From: Candidatus Aceula meridiana
Lineage (GTDB): Bacteria > Omnitrophota > Gorgyraeia > Zapsychrales > Aceulaceae
Assembly (NCBI GenBank): GCA_030765185.1
Contig: JAVCDE010000026.1
Location: forward strand, 108,007 to 172,006
Direction: 5' to 3'
Length of the DNA: 64,000 nt
The notes under the pieces were generated by a model. That model ran no database searches, was not told the origin of the DNA, and saw only the letters and a list, made by a program, of their open reading frames with translations. Below, piece by piece: positions 8,194-17,563 of the stretch; positions within the stretch are counted from its first letter, which is position 1, and each line of letters opens with the position of its first letter. The translations under genes were made by a program, and so were the position numbers.

Positions 8194-9960
8194 ATGGATT
8201 TTGGAGAATTTGAGTTTTATAAAAGAAAAATAATCATTAGGATTAAAAATAGAATCTGCGAAAATTCTGATGAACTAATTTCTAGCAAATTGTTTTTATG
8301 TATTTTGAAAAAGTGTATACAGGACCTACAGGTACGTGATTCCGATCTACTTGCAATATTTAAAACAAAGAAAATAGATGACGCAGACATTAAGAAATTG
8401 GTTCAAACATTCTTGTATTTGACAAAAATGAAGAGGGACTTGGTCCCTAATGTTGTAAAAGGGGCAGAAACATTCTTAAAGGATAGAATGTTGTTTAATG
8501 ATTTTGTTGAATATCTATATAATTATTGGCGAAGTTTTGACCGCTTCATTATTTGTTCCTCAGAAGAAGCAGATGTTGAGCCACGTCCTTATCGTATTTT
8601 TAATGAAACAATCGAGCAATTAACCCATTTGGTGAGGGCGACTTATCGTGATATTGAAGAAAATATCACAGGAGCTCACCCTAACATTTATCGTCAGGTT
8701 CGCGCTGGAGCTGAAGTGGCTTCTATTGCAACTGCTCAAGAAATTAATTTCCCTTCAGAGGTTTATAATAAGTTAAACGTCATTCCAATGATTCGTCAAG
8801 TTCTTTTGTATCCACCGCTTATTTTAAATCCTTCGATGAATAAAAGAACGGGGGTTTTTGAAAGAGTTTACAAGAATCCTTTGGATGGGTTAAATATTAA
8901 GAAAAAAGAGTGGGTTTGTTATCCTGCCAAGGTTGGGGAACTTCTGATTTTAATTTATTTTCATAACATCTTTGTTGAGCTGGGATATTCTTTAGCAAAT
9001 CTTTTTCAATTGGCAGATGAGGCCGATTTGCAAAGAAAACCAGATGCTGTTTATTGTTTTGGTGTTCCTGAAAGCACTGTAAAAGGTTTAGGAAAATACC
9101 AAACAGTTTTCTTCGACGATGAAGAAAATGGGATGCTTTCTGCGGTTGTTCCTAGAGGCGAGGAGTTTGGTTATTTTGGGTATTTGAAAAAAATGGTATT
9201 AACTCTTCATAATATTGTGATGATGAAGAAAGGGCAAATGCCTTTTCACGGGGCATTGGTCGATGTTACATTAAAGACAAAGAGACGGGCAACAGTTTTA
9301 TTGATTGGAGATAGCGGGGCGGGAAAATCTGAAACATTGGAGGCATTTCGAGAAATTGGAGATGAGGTCATCAAAGATATTAATATTATCGCAGATGATA
9401 TGGGCTCTATTAGAATGAATAAGAAAAAAGAGGCTGTGGGGATAGGAACTGAAATTGGGGCTTTTTTAAGGTTAGATGATTTAAAACCTGGATATGCGTT
9501 TGGACAAATAGACAGGGCTATCATTATGAGTGCCAATAAGGTGAATGCACGGATTATTATGCCTATTACAGCATATGAACGTGTAATTAAAGAACATAAG
9601 ATCGATTTCATATTGTATGCGAATAATTATGAACAAACTGATAGTGACCATCCTTTAATTGAACGAATTACAGATGCTCAAAAGGCTTTAGATGTTTTTA
9701 AAGAAGGAACTGTTATGAGCAAGGGCACGACAACAGCAACGGGTTTGGTTCATTCCTATTTTGCTAATATCTTTGGTCCTCCTCAATATAGAGAATTACA
9801 TGATAAAATTGCGAGAAAATTTTTTAAGATATTCTTTGATAAAAGAATTTTTGTAGGGCAAATGCGGACGCGTCTTGGAATTCTAGGATATGAGCAGAAA
9901 GGTCCGGAAGATGCAGCCAGAGCATTATTGGAAATCATAAATTCAGGGACGGCGTGTTAG
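8194..9960 (+). CDS. 588-aa protein with C-terminal HPr-kinase/PEPCK-like P-loop domain
   Basis: VLLIGDSGAGKSETLEAF ... IADDMGSIR resembles the HprK C-domain Walker A (GDSGxGKSE) and the downstream ADD motif. The N-terminal ~330 aa are unrecognised. Confidence 0.55.
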   Translation: MDFGEFEFYKRKIIIRIKNRICENSDELISSKLFLCILKKCIQDLQVRDSDLLAIFKTKKIDDADIKKLVQTFLYLTKMKRDLVPNVVKGAETFLKDRMLFNDFVEYLYNYWRSFDRFIICSSEEADVEPRPYRIFNETIEQLTHLVRATYRDIEENITGAHPNIYRQVRAGAEVASIATAQEINFPSEVYNKLNVIPMIRQVLLYPPLILNPSMNKRTGVFERVYKNPLDGLNIKKKEWVCYPAKVGELLILIYFHNIFVELGYSLANLFQLADEADLQRKPDAVYCFGVPESTVKGLGKYQTVFFDDEENGMLSAVVPRGEEFGYFGYLKKMVLTLHNIVMMKKGQMPFHGALVDVTLKTKRRATVLLIGDSGAGKSETLEAFREIGDEVIKDINIIADDMGSIRMNKKKEAVGIGTEIGAFLRLDDLKPGYAFGQIDRAIIMSANKVNARIIMPITAYERVIKEHKIDFILYANNYEQTDSDHPLIERITDAQKALDVFKEGTVMSKGTTTATGLVHSYFANIFGPPQYRELHDKIARKFFKIFFDKRIFVGQMRTRLGILGYEQKGPEDAARALLEIINSGTAC

Positions 9961-10063
9961 GCAGTGTGAGTATTTACAAAGCTTTGTTTGGGAAAAGCAG
10001 ATTAGAAAGGTTTTAATCTGTTCCATTTAGTCACCTCAGTACTTTTTATAGGATTAATGAGAA

Positions 10064-10462
10064 ATGACATCTTTAGATAAAAATAATAATTTTGATACTC
10101 GAGCAACATGCTTAAATTGTATGGATGGGCGAGTTCAGCTACCAGTTTTATATTGGATTAGAGAGAAATATCATATTGATTTTGTAGATGTTATTACAGA
10201 AGCGGGCATAGACAAAATAATAGCCTTACAGGAAAACATTGATGAAATTATTCGCAGTATTGAAATTTCAGTTAATACTAATAAATCTTCTCGAATCTTT
10301 GTTGTAGGTCATTATGATTGTAAGGGAAATTCTGTTGATAAAAAGACTCACCATGAACATATTTTAAAGTCCGTCAAGAGATTAAAGACGCTTTGGTCAG
10401 AATTTGAAATTATTGGACTTTGGGTTAATAGTCATTGGCAAGTAGAGGTTTGTTGTAAATAG
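10064..10462 (+). CDS. small beta-carbonic-anhydrase-like zinc-site protein
   Basis: CMDGR (CxDxR) and HYDCKG (HxxCG) lie about 63 aa apart, matching beta-CA zinc ligands. At 132 aa it is shorter than canonical beta-CA. Confidence 0.35.
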   Translation: MTSLDKNNNFDTRATCLNCMDGRVQLPVLYWIREKYHIDFVDVITEAGIDKIIALQENIDEIIRSIEISVNTNKSSRIFVVGHYDCKGNSVDKKTHHEHILKSVKRLKTLWSEFEIIGLWVNSHWQVEVCCK

Positions 10463-10498
10463 GTTTTAATTTTGCTCCACCCATCGACCGACCTCAAC
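10460..10498. repeat. copy D of the motif (AAATAGGTTTTAAT ... CCCATCGACCGACC), overlapping the stop codon
   Basis: Shares AAATAGGTTyTAA and CCCAnCGACC with copy C. Confidence 0.4.
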
Positions 10499-10532
10499 TT
10501 TATTAGTTGCTAAAGCTAGTTAATAAATAATA

Positions 10533-10568
10533 AAATCCTTAAAGGTAATTGCTTTTAAGGATTTTTTG
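10533..10568 (+). terminator. rho-independent terminator AAATCCTTAAA-loop-TTTAAGGATTT + T-run
   Basis: 10-11 bp perfect stem followed by TTTTTT. Confidence 0.55.
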
Positions 10569-10639
10569 CGATTTTTGTATTTTCTTTTGTATTCTTTTTA
10601 ACATGTTATAATGCGTTCATCTATATATCGATAGTAAAG

Positions 10640-10673
10640 TAGAGAGTTTTTATGGAAGATAATAATTTAGAAT
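10640..10673 (+). repeat. 34-bp direct repeat, copy 1 (duplicate of the rsmB-like RBS and first 7 codons)
   Basis: TAGAGAGTTTTTATGGAAGATAATAATTTAGAAT matches 11543-11576 with 2 mismatches. It encodes MEDNNLE followed by a stop. Confidence 0.7.
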
Positions 10674-10675
10674 AA

Positions 10676-10945
10676 GGAATATTTATTGGATCTATCGCTG
10701 GCGCACTTTCTTCGAGAGGCCCTTACGTGAGCATGCCGATTGCCGCCGGGCTTATCCGTTCGGGTGCCAGCGTTGGGACAATGGTTGCTTTTTTAACCGG
10801 CTGGTCGCTTTGAGCATTAAGCCGGTTGCCTATTGAGCTAGGAATATTAGGCTGGCGCTTGATGTTGATTCGCCTTGTCAGTATTTCTATTTTTCCTTCC
10901 TTAGCAGGCTTCATTGCGTTGGGTGTGGCGAAGTTAATAAAATAA
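10676..10945 (+). pseudogene. C-terminal remnant of a polytopic permease gene with an internal TGA
   Basis: Single frame reading ...SMPIAAGLIRSGASVGTMVAFLTGWSL*ALSRLPIELGILGW... The remnant is locally GC-rich compared with its surroundings. Similarity to PF03773/DUF318 permeases is from recall. There is no N-terminal portion or start codon. Confidence 0.4.
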
Positions 10946-11029
10946 AGGTCCGCGTAAAGGACGTGCGGACAGGTAAAGTTGTTAAATGTTATTAAACAAA
11001 TGTATTTTGTACAGACAAAAGGAGAAGAC

Positions 11030-11497
11030 ATGGAACAAAATGAAAGTTTTTTTAAAAAAATTTTTTCATGGACAAACATTGGGCTTGCTTTTCTTACAGT
11101 CGTTGCGGTTTTTTCTATCTCTCAATTAGTTGAGTCTTGGAAGCCAGAGGAACCTTTGGCTCCTCTGGTAAGCAGTGAGGAAGAAGATTTCTTTGCAGAA
11201 GAGGCAGTTCCGGAGATTGTTCAGGAGCCGGAGGCAGAGACAGCGCTTTTGCAACCCTTGGTTGAAAAGAAGTTTGTTATCCAGGTTGCTGCGTTTCGAG
11301 GCCAAAAAGGAGCGGACGCTGTTGTGGAAGAATTAAAAAAGAAAGGCTATGAGCCTATCATTAAGACAGAAGATTCAGGAAGCGAAGGAGCTTTGCATCG
11401 TGTTTATGCAGGTGCCTTTGAGACCAAAGATCAGGCTCAGAGTATCCTGGATGAAGTAAAAAAAGATTATCCAGGGTCTTTTATTAAACAGTTGTAG
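11030..11497 (+). CDS. SPOR-domain protein with N-terminal TM anchor
   Basis: Strong SD (AAAGGAG) before the ATG at 11030. C-terminus FVIQVAAFRGQKGADAVVEELKKKGYEP ... HRVYAGAFETKDQAQSILDEV is SPOR-like. Confidence 0.55.
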   Translation: MEQNESFFKKIFSWTNIGLAFLTVVAVFSISQLVESWKPEEPLAPLVSSEEEDFFAEEAVPEIVQEPEAETALLQPLVEKKFVIQVAAFRGQKGADAVVEELKKKGYEPIIKTEDSGSEGALHRVYAGAFETKDQAQSILDEVKKDYPGSFIKQL

Positions 11498-11542
11498 CAC
11501 GAAAAAGTTAGCGTTTCGCCTTCATTTAGAGAATCAAAGAAA

Positions 11543-11576
11543 TAGAGAATTTTTATGGAAGATAATAACTTAGAAT
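11543..11576 (+). repeat. 34-bp direct repeat, copy 2 (native 5' end of the rsmB-like gene)
   Basis: See copy 1. Confidence 0.7.
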
Positions 11577-12856
11577 GTGGTTATGCCCAGGCATTAAGCT
11601 ATTCAAATGCGATTGCGGAGATTTTTTATACGGTTATGCGCGAAAAGCGCCCATTAGACCGGGAAATAAAGAATTATTTTAGAGGGCACCCTGCATGCGG
11701 ATCTAAAGATCGTTTTTTAATTACGGAATCACTTTTTAGCCTATTCCGCTGGTATGGGTGGGTGAAAGGGAAGTTGCCAAAAGGGTGCCCTGAAAATTCT
11801 TTAGAATCTAAAAAATTTTGTACAGGGCTATCCGCTGCTTTATGGCTCGAGAATCAGCCATTTGATCAATTTATGAAGGTTCTTTGCAAATCTGCGGGAG
11901 TTGACGTTACATGGCTTAAAAGTTCACCGGATTTAATTAAAGAGAAGATAAAGGGATTAAGCCATCTTTTTAAAATTAGAAAATGCGATATTTTTGATTT
12001 AGTGCCACAATGGTTTAGAAAAGAAGTCTTAGCCGACGAGATTGCAACAATTATTGAACCATTTCAAAGGCGCCCACCGGTGTGGATACGGACTCAGAAT
12101 GACGCACAAGAAACTGTTCTGGAAGAATTTGGAGAATTAGGGATTGATTTTTCCAGACATGAAATTGTTTCAAATGCCGTTAAGATATCGACTGGTAAAT
12201 TTAATGCACGGGATATCGAATCATACAAAAAAGGTTTATTTGAGATTCAGGATTTGGCAAGTCAATGTTTAGGGCTTGTTTGCGGGGCGAGTGAGAATCA
12301 AATTTGGTGGGATGTTTGCGCCGGTGCAGGAGGAAAAAGCCTTCTGATCGCAAATCAAATGAAGGGACAGGGCAACGTTGTTGCAACGGACAAGCGTGCA
12401 GATATTTTAAAAGAATTGCAAAAGCGAGCAGAGAGAGCTAACTTTAAGAATATTCAAATAGAAGATTTAGATAAAGTTGTTTTAAGTCAGGATAATTTTG
12501 ATGGTGTGTTTGTGGATGCGCCGTGTTCTTGCACAGGAGTTTGGCGTCGAAATCCTGATTTGCGTTGGACCGCGCGTGAAGATATTTGTGAAAAGTCAGC
12601 ATGCACTCAAAAAGAAATTTTGGAGCTTGCTTGTAAAAAAGTAAGGCCTAAAGGCGTTTTGGTTTATGCGACATGTAGCTTAAGCGTTCAGGAGAACGAG
12701 GACATTGTTAATCATTTTTTAAAATCGTTTCCTGAATTTGAGTTAGAAGATTTTGTTCATCCGCTTACAGGAGAAAAAACCGGAGGTACGATGAAGGTTA
12801 AATTTCATCCTGATGATTGTGACGCAACATTTGCGGCACGCTTTCGCAAGAAATAA
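11555..12856 (+). CDS. rRNA cytosine-C5 methyltransferase, NOL1/NOP2/Sun (RsmB/RsmF) family
   Basis: DVCAGAGGKS (SAM motif I) and VDAPCSCTGVWRRNPDLRW, the family catalytic Cys region. Confidence 0.8.
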   Translation: MEDNNLECGYAQALSYSNAIAEIFYTVMREKRPLDREIKNYFRGHPACGSKDRFLITESLFSLFRWYGWVKGKLPKGCPENSLESKKFCTGLSAALWLENQPFDQFMKVLCKSAGVDVTWLKSSPDLIKEKIKGLSHLFKIRKCDIFDLVPQWFRKEVLADEIATIIEPFQRRPPVWIRTQNDAQETVLEEFGELGIDFSRHEIVSNAVKISTGKFNARDIESYKKGLFEIQDLASQCLGLVCGASENQIWWDVCAGAGGKSLLIANQMKGQGNVVATDKRADILKELQKRAERANFKNIQIEDLDKVVLSQDNFDGVFVDAPCSCTGVWRRNPDLRWTAREDICEKSACTQKEILELACKKVRPKGVLVYATCSLSVQENEDIVNHFLKSFPEFELEDFVHPLTGEKTGGTMKVKFHPDDCDATFAARFRKK

Positions 12857-12871
12857 TAAGGGGGACAAAAA

Positions 12872-13642
12872 ATGAATCCGAAAGAAATTATAAGCCAGGG
12901 TAACACAAAGATTAAGTGGTTAAAGAAATTAGCCCAAAAGAAGCACAGGCGGCAAAGCAATCAGTTTATCGTCGAGAATTTAACGATTATTCATGATGCT
13001 CTAAAAAGTGGTTATGATTTGAAAGAGTTGTTTGTGACGCAAGGCTTTATTGATAGATACAAAGAGAAATTTGAATATTTGCAAAAAGAGTCAAAGGTAA
13101 ACGAGTATTCTTTGATTGACGAAGATTTAAATAGATATTATTCGCAACTGGACACCCCTTCAGGAATTACAGCTGTTTATGATGTTAGTCCGTCTTCTTT
13201 GGATCAGGATAAATCGATTGTTTATTTAAACGGCATTAAAGATCCCGGCAATATGGGAACTATTATGCGCAGCGCATTAGCTTTTGATGTCGTTAATATT
13301 GTATTGGATGCGACATGCGTTGATATTTATAATTTTAAGGTTATCAACGCGGCAAAAGATTCGATTTTTAAATTGAATATTATTGAAGATCCGGAAGGCA
13401 CATGGCTTAAAGAGAATAAGGGAAGTCTGCCTATTTATGTGGCCAATTCTAATGAGGGAGTTAGTTTATCTGAGGTAAAGGGCGACCAGAGATTTTGTTT
13501 AGTTTTAGGATCTGAAAGCCACGGTGTCAGCGATGAAATAATAAAGCTGGCAGATAAAAATATTCGCATCAAGATTTCAAATAAAATTGAATCTTTAAAT
13601 GTATCCGCGGCAGCTGCTATTTTACTTTATGGATTAAAATGA
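12872..13642 (+). CDS. TrmH/SpoU-family RNA 2'-O-methyltransferase
   Basis: LNGIKDPGNMGTIMRSALAF and LVLGSESHGVS are SpoU motifs. Confidence 0.75.
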   Translation: MNPKEIISQGNTKIKWLKKLAQKKHRRQSNQFIVENLTIIHDALKSGYDLKELFVTQGFIDRYKEKFEYLQKESKVNEYSLIDEDLNRYYSQLDTPSGITAVYDVSPSSLDQDKSIVYLNGIKDPGNMGTIMRSALAFDVVNIVLDATCVDIYNFKVINAAKDSIFKLNIIEDPEGTWLKENKGSLPIYVANSNEGVSLSEVKGDQRFCLVLGSESHGVSDEIIKLADKNIRIKISNKIESLNVSAAAAILLYGLK

Positions 13643-15276
13643 AAAAGAAGTCAGAAAATAATTTTATTAGAATTGATGAGATTCTGTTAACTCTTGACGA
13701 AAAGGAGAGTGTTTTATCGTCTAAGATCGCGAAGATCTTAGGGGTTTATGAAAAGGATATTCTTCGTTTTCATATTGCCAAACGCGCCATTGATTCGCGT
13801 AAAAAAGAGAACATTTTTTTTGTTTATTCTGTTAATGTTGAGCTAAAAAATCCGCAAAATTATTTGTCCCGCCAAAGACGATTATCATCAACATTGAAAA
13901 AGAAAGCTCTTCGCCATAAGGTTCGATGGCTAGCGCCGTATGTCTATGAAGGTAAAAAACCTAAATCAGATTGTTTGCATCGTCCGATTGTGGTGGGTGC
14001 TGGGCCTAGCGGATTATTTTGTGCCTTAGTTCTTGCCCGGGCAGGGTTAAAACCATTAGTTGTTGATCGTGGCCCGGATGTGGATATACGTGCTAAAGAT
14101 GTGAATGAATTCTTTTCTACGGCAAAGCTTAATGTGAATTCTAATGTGCAGTTTGGCGAAGGAGGCGCTGGTACTTTCTCAGATGGTAAATTGTATACAA
14201 ACATTAAGGACCCAAGGACAAAATATATTTTTGACGAGATGGTTATTGCTGGTGCTCCAAAAGAGATCATGACGGACGCTCATCCGCACATTGGAACCGA
14301 TAGGTTGCGCACAGTTGTAAAGAATTTGCGCAAAAGTATTGTTGCTCTCGGAGGCGACGTAAGATTTAATACATGCTTAACGGACATTGAGACAAGCGCA
14401 AAAAAGGTTGTTTCGGCTACTTTTAACGGAAGAGAGAAAGCTTTGGTAGATGATCTCGTTGTCGCGATTGGTCATTCCGCACGCGATACATATCAGATTC
14501 TTTACGAGAAGAAGTTAGAAATGAAACCTAAGATGTTTTCTGTTGGATTGAGGATCGAGCACCCTGCTGAATTAATTAATAAATCTCAATATGGAGAATA
14601 TTGTAACCACCCTAAGTTGCCAACGGCAAAATACAAGCTCGTAGCCCACCTTAAAGATAAACGTTCGGTGTATACTTTTTGTATGTGTCCTGGAGGTTTT
14701 GTTGTCGCGGCTTCTTCAGAAGAAGGGATGGTTGCCGTTAACGGGATGAGCATGTATGCGCAAAACGGCAAGAATTCTAATAGCGCGCTCATGGTTAACG
14801 TAACGCCGGATGATTTTGAGTCGGATCATCCCTTGGCAGGAGTTGAGTTTCAGCGTACCTGGGAGAGGATGGCATTTTTAGCCGGAGGAAAAGATTATCG
14901 CGCACCAGCCCAGCTTGTTGGAGATTTTTTAAAAGATTTGCCATCGAAAAAATTCGGGAGCGTCGAGCCTACTTATAAGCCTGGGGTCACGATGACGTCT
15001 TTGGCAGGATGCTTGCCGGATTACGTCATTGAAAGTATTAAATCAGCATTGCCAGTTTTAGATAGAAAAATTAAAGGGTTTGCTAAAGAAGATGCTCTGC
15101 TTATCGGCGTTGAAACGCGCAGTTCAGCTCCGGTAAAATTTGTGCGTGATGAAAATCTACAGTCTAATATTATAGGAATTTATCCAGTAGGAGAAGGCTC
15201 TGGATATGCCGGTGGCATTGTGTCTGCTGCCATTGATGGAATGAAGGCAGCTGAGAGCATTATTAGTAAGTTTTAA
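13639..15276 (+). CDS. FAD-dependent protein (COG2509-like)
   Basis: IVVGAGPSGLFCALVLARAG is a dinucleotide-binding motif. 545 aa. The start overlaps the previous stop (ATGA). Confidence 0.65.
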   Translation: MKKKSENNFIRIDEILLTLDEKESVLSSKIAKILGVYEKDILRFHIAKRAIDSRKKENIFFVYSVNVELKNPQNYLSRQRRLSSTLKKKALRHKVRWLAPYVYEGKKPKSDCLHRPIVVGAGPSGLFCALVLARAGLKPLVVDRGPDVDIRAKDVNEFFSTAKLNVNSNVQFGEGGAGTFSDGKLYTNIKDPRTKYIFDEMVIAGAPKEIMTDAHPHIGTDRLRTVVKNLRKSIVALGGDVRFNTCLTDIETSAKKVVSATFNGREKALVDDLVVAIGHSARDTYQILYEKKLEMKPKMFSVGLRIEHPAELINKSQYGEYCNHPKLPTAKYKLVAHLKDKRSVYTFCMCPGGFVVAASSEEGMVAVNGMSMYAQNGKNSNSALMVNVTPDDFESDHPLAGVEFQRTWERMAFLAGGKDYRAPAQLVGDFLKDLPSKKFGSVEPTYKPGVTMTSLAGCLPDYVIESIKSALPVLDRKIKGFAKEDALLIGVETRSSAPVKFVRDENLQSNIIGIYPVGEGSGYAGGIVSAAIDGMKAAESIISKF

Positions 15277-15420
15277 TTTTATGGATACTTATTTAAGGAA
15301 AAATTCGCAAATTCTTAAAATCTTGCTTTATCAAGTATTTATGGTAATTTAGATGAAGTCGCTGGGAAGATAGGTTGAGCGATTTTGATTTTAAGATTTA
15401 TTTTAAAGAAAAGAGGAAAG

Positions 15421-15840
15421 ATGGACGAACAGATTGAAAATAATGATGTTTTAGCGCCTAAACAAGTTGAGGGTGATATTCTTTTTTTGATCAAAAGAAT
15501 GAATGAGAAGTTAGATTTTTTAGAAAGAAAAATAGATATCTTAGTCAAGCAAGTTCAAGAAAAACCTTCCAGAGAAAGATATTCTCCGAGGCCTCCACGA
15601 TCTTTTGACCGCCCAGCACGCCCAGGCTATTCTCGGGATAAGAGAGGTTCAAGAGAAGATTCTAGAGAAAAAGGTTCTTATTCAGGATATAATTCTGAAC
15701 GGGGCTCAAGAGATGAAAGAAAAGGCTTTGGTGGCCCTAAGAAGAGCTATGGCGATAGTCGAGAGGGACAGAAATATGGTGGTCCAAAAAAAGCGGTTAG
15801 TCCTAAAAAGAAACTTTTTACTAAGACGAAGAAAAGATAG
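15421..15840 (+). CDS. hypothetical protein with coiled-coil N-terminus and Arg/Ser/Lys-rich disordered C-terminus
   Basis: SD AGAGGAAAG precedes the ATG at 15421. C-terminus: SRERYSPRPPRSFDRPARPGYSRDKRGSREDSREKGSY...KKKLFTKTKKR. Confidence 0.35.
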   Translation: MDEQIENNDVLAPKQVEGDILFLIKRMNEKLDFLERKIDILVKQVQEKPSRERYSPRPPRSFDRPARPGYSRDKRGSREDSREKGSYSGYNSERGSRDERKGFGGPKKSYGDSREGQKYGGPKKAVSPKKKLFTKTKKR

Positions 15841-15935
15841 TAAGCGCTAAAAGCGCTGTTAATTAAGACAAAGGTAAATTATTGTAAAATATGTTAATCG
15901 TAGTTAAAAAAAATTTAGGAGTTTTATTTTAAGAA

Positions 15936-15966
15936 AAGGCAACCTTTGAAGGGTTGCCTTTTCTTG
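15936..15966 (+). terminator. rho-independent terminator AAGGCAACC-tttgaag-GGTTGCCTT + TTCTT
   Basis: 9-bp perfect stem followed by a T-rich tract. Confidence 0.55.
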
Positions 15967-16017
15967 TATTTCAATATGCTTAATAATTAGGCAAGTGAAA
16001 CTGAAAGGGAAGGTATA

Positions 16018-17538
16018 ATGGCTAAAAAACAAGGATTTGACAACGAAAAATACCTGCAGCAGCAAACCGAGGCAATTTTAGAGAGGGTCGGAAAGTTTGA
16101 TAAGAAACTTTATCTAGAATTCGGCGGAAAGCTTCTTTTTGATTATCATGCCGCTCGTGTTTTACCGGGGTTTGATCCTAATGTTAAAATGAGGCTTTTG
16201 CAAAAGCTAAAAGATCAGGCAGACATTGTTTTGTGTATTTATGCCGGAGATATTGAGCGAAGAAAAATGCGCGCGGATTTTGGCATTACTTATGACGTTG
16301 ATGCATTAAAATTTATCGATGACTTAGAAGATTGGGGACTCAAAGTCAAAGCTGTTGTTATTACGCGTTTTGATGACCAGCCTTCAGCAAAGATTTTCAA
16401 GAATAAGCTCGAGCGTCAGAAAATCAAAGTTTATACGCATCAGTTTACAAAGGGATACCCTACTGATATCGACTTAATCGTTAGCAAAGAAGGCTACGGA
16501 GCTAATCCGCACATTAAAACAGATAAAAAACTTGTTATCGTTACTGGTCCTGGTCCTGGCAGTGGAAAGTTGGCTACGTGTCTTTCGCAACTTTACCATG
16601 ATTATACTAAGGGCATGAAATCTGGCTATGCCAAGTTTGAAACATTTCCTATTTGGAATATTCCCTTAAAACATCCTGTTAATGTGGCTTATGAGTCCGC
16701 TACAGCGGATATTCGTGACTTTAATATGATTGATTCATTTCACCTAGAAGCTTACGGCGAGACCACGGTTAATTATAATAGGGATGTTGAAGTTTTTCCT
16801 GTTTTAAAAAGAATATTAGAAAAAATTACTGGCAAAGAAGCAATGTATAAATCGCCGACAGACATGGGTGTTAATTGTGCGGGATTTGGCATTATTGATG
16901 ATGATATTGTTAAAGAGGCTTCTCGTCAAGAGTCTATTCGCAGATATTTCCGCTATGATTGTGAGTATACGATGGGGCTAACAGACAAAGAAACTGTTGA
17001 GCGCGCAGAGCTTATTATGGAAGAGCTTGGCGTTAAAATTGAAGATAGAAAAGTGGTAATGCCTGCCCGTGAAGCCGCGGAGGAAGGAAAGACTAAGGGG
17101 AAGGGGCATAAAGGATTTTTTTGTGGGGCTGCGATGGAATTACCTGATGGAACTATTATTGCAGGAAAAAATTCTGAGCTTATGCATGCGGTTTCAAGCC
17201 TAGTTTTAAACGCAGCAAAATATTTAGCTGGAATTCCTGACAAGTTGCATTTGTTATCGCCTAATATTATTGAATCGGTAACAAAGCTTAAGAAGAATAT
17301 TCTTAATGCAAAATCTGCCAATCTTGATTTGGATGAGGCATTGATTGCCTTGACGATTAGTGCCACAACTAATTCTACCGCTCAAATGGCTTTGGAAAGA
17401 CTTAGCGAATTAAAAGAATGTGAAGTTCACACAACGCATATTCCGACGCCTGGTGACGAGGCGGGTTTAAAGCGCTTAGGAATTAATTTAACAGCAGATC
17501 CAAATTTTTCTTCCAGGGGTTTTTACGACCAAAAATAA
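16018..17538 (+). CDS. UPF0371/DUF1846-like protein
   Basis: N-terminus [32 protein letters not shown] resembles UPF0371 proteins (recall). 506 aa. Confidence 0.5.
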   Translation: MAKKQGFDNEKYLQQQTEAILERVGKFDKKLYLEFGGKLLFDYHAARVLPGFDPNVKMRLLQKLKDQADIVLCIYAGDIERRKMRADFGITYDVDALKFIDDLEDWGLKVKAVVITRFDDQPSAKIFKNKLERQKIKVYTHQFTKGYPTDIDLIVSKEGYGANPHIKTDKKLVIVTGPGPGSGKLATCLSQLYHDYTKGMKSGYAKFETFPIWNIPLKHPVNVAYESATADIRDFNMIDSFHLEAYGETTVNYNRDVEVFPVLKRILEKITGKEAMYKSPTDMGVNCAGFGIIDDDIVKEASRQESIRRYFRYDCEYTMGLTDKETVERAELIMEELGVKIEDRKVVMPAREAAEEGKTKGKGHKGFFCGAAMELPDGTIIAGKNSELMHAVSSLVLNAAKYLAGIPDKLHLLSPNIIESVTKLKKNILNAKSANLDLDEALIALTISATTNSTAQMALERLSELKECEVHTTHIPTPGDEAGLKRLGINLTADPNFSSRGFYDQK

Positions 17539-17563
17539 TAATACAAAAAAATAAGGAGACTTT

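Noticed and set aside
5408-10498. Integron cassette array (attC-like sites after each gene)
   Set aside because: Copy A has R''/R'-like ends (GTTCTAAC ... GTTAGGA), but the other copies lack a matching R' box. Each element is followed by a classical terminator and a ~100-200 nt leader, unlike compact promoterless cassettes. No intI is visible nearby. Kept only as a low-probability alternative.
10723-11079. 118-aa minus-strand ORF
   Set aside because: It lies antisense to the GC-rich permease remnant and the SPOR gene start. It has no RBS and is most likely a spurious ORF favoured by local high GC.
15605-15850. 81-aa + ORF overlapping the Arg/Ser-rich gene in another frame
   Set aside because: It is an alternative frame of a low-complexity region. 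The 15421-15840 frame has the SD and a continuous N-terminal coiled-coil.
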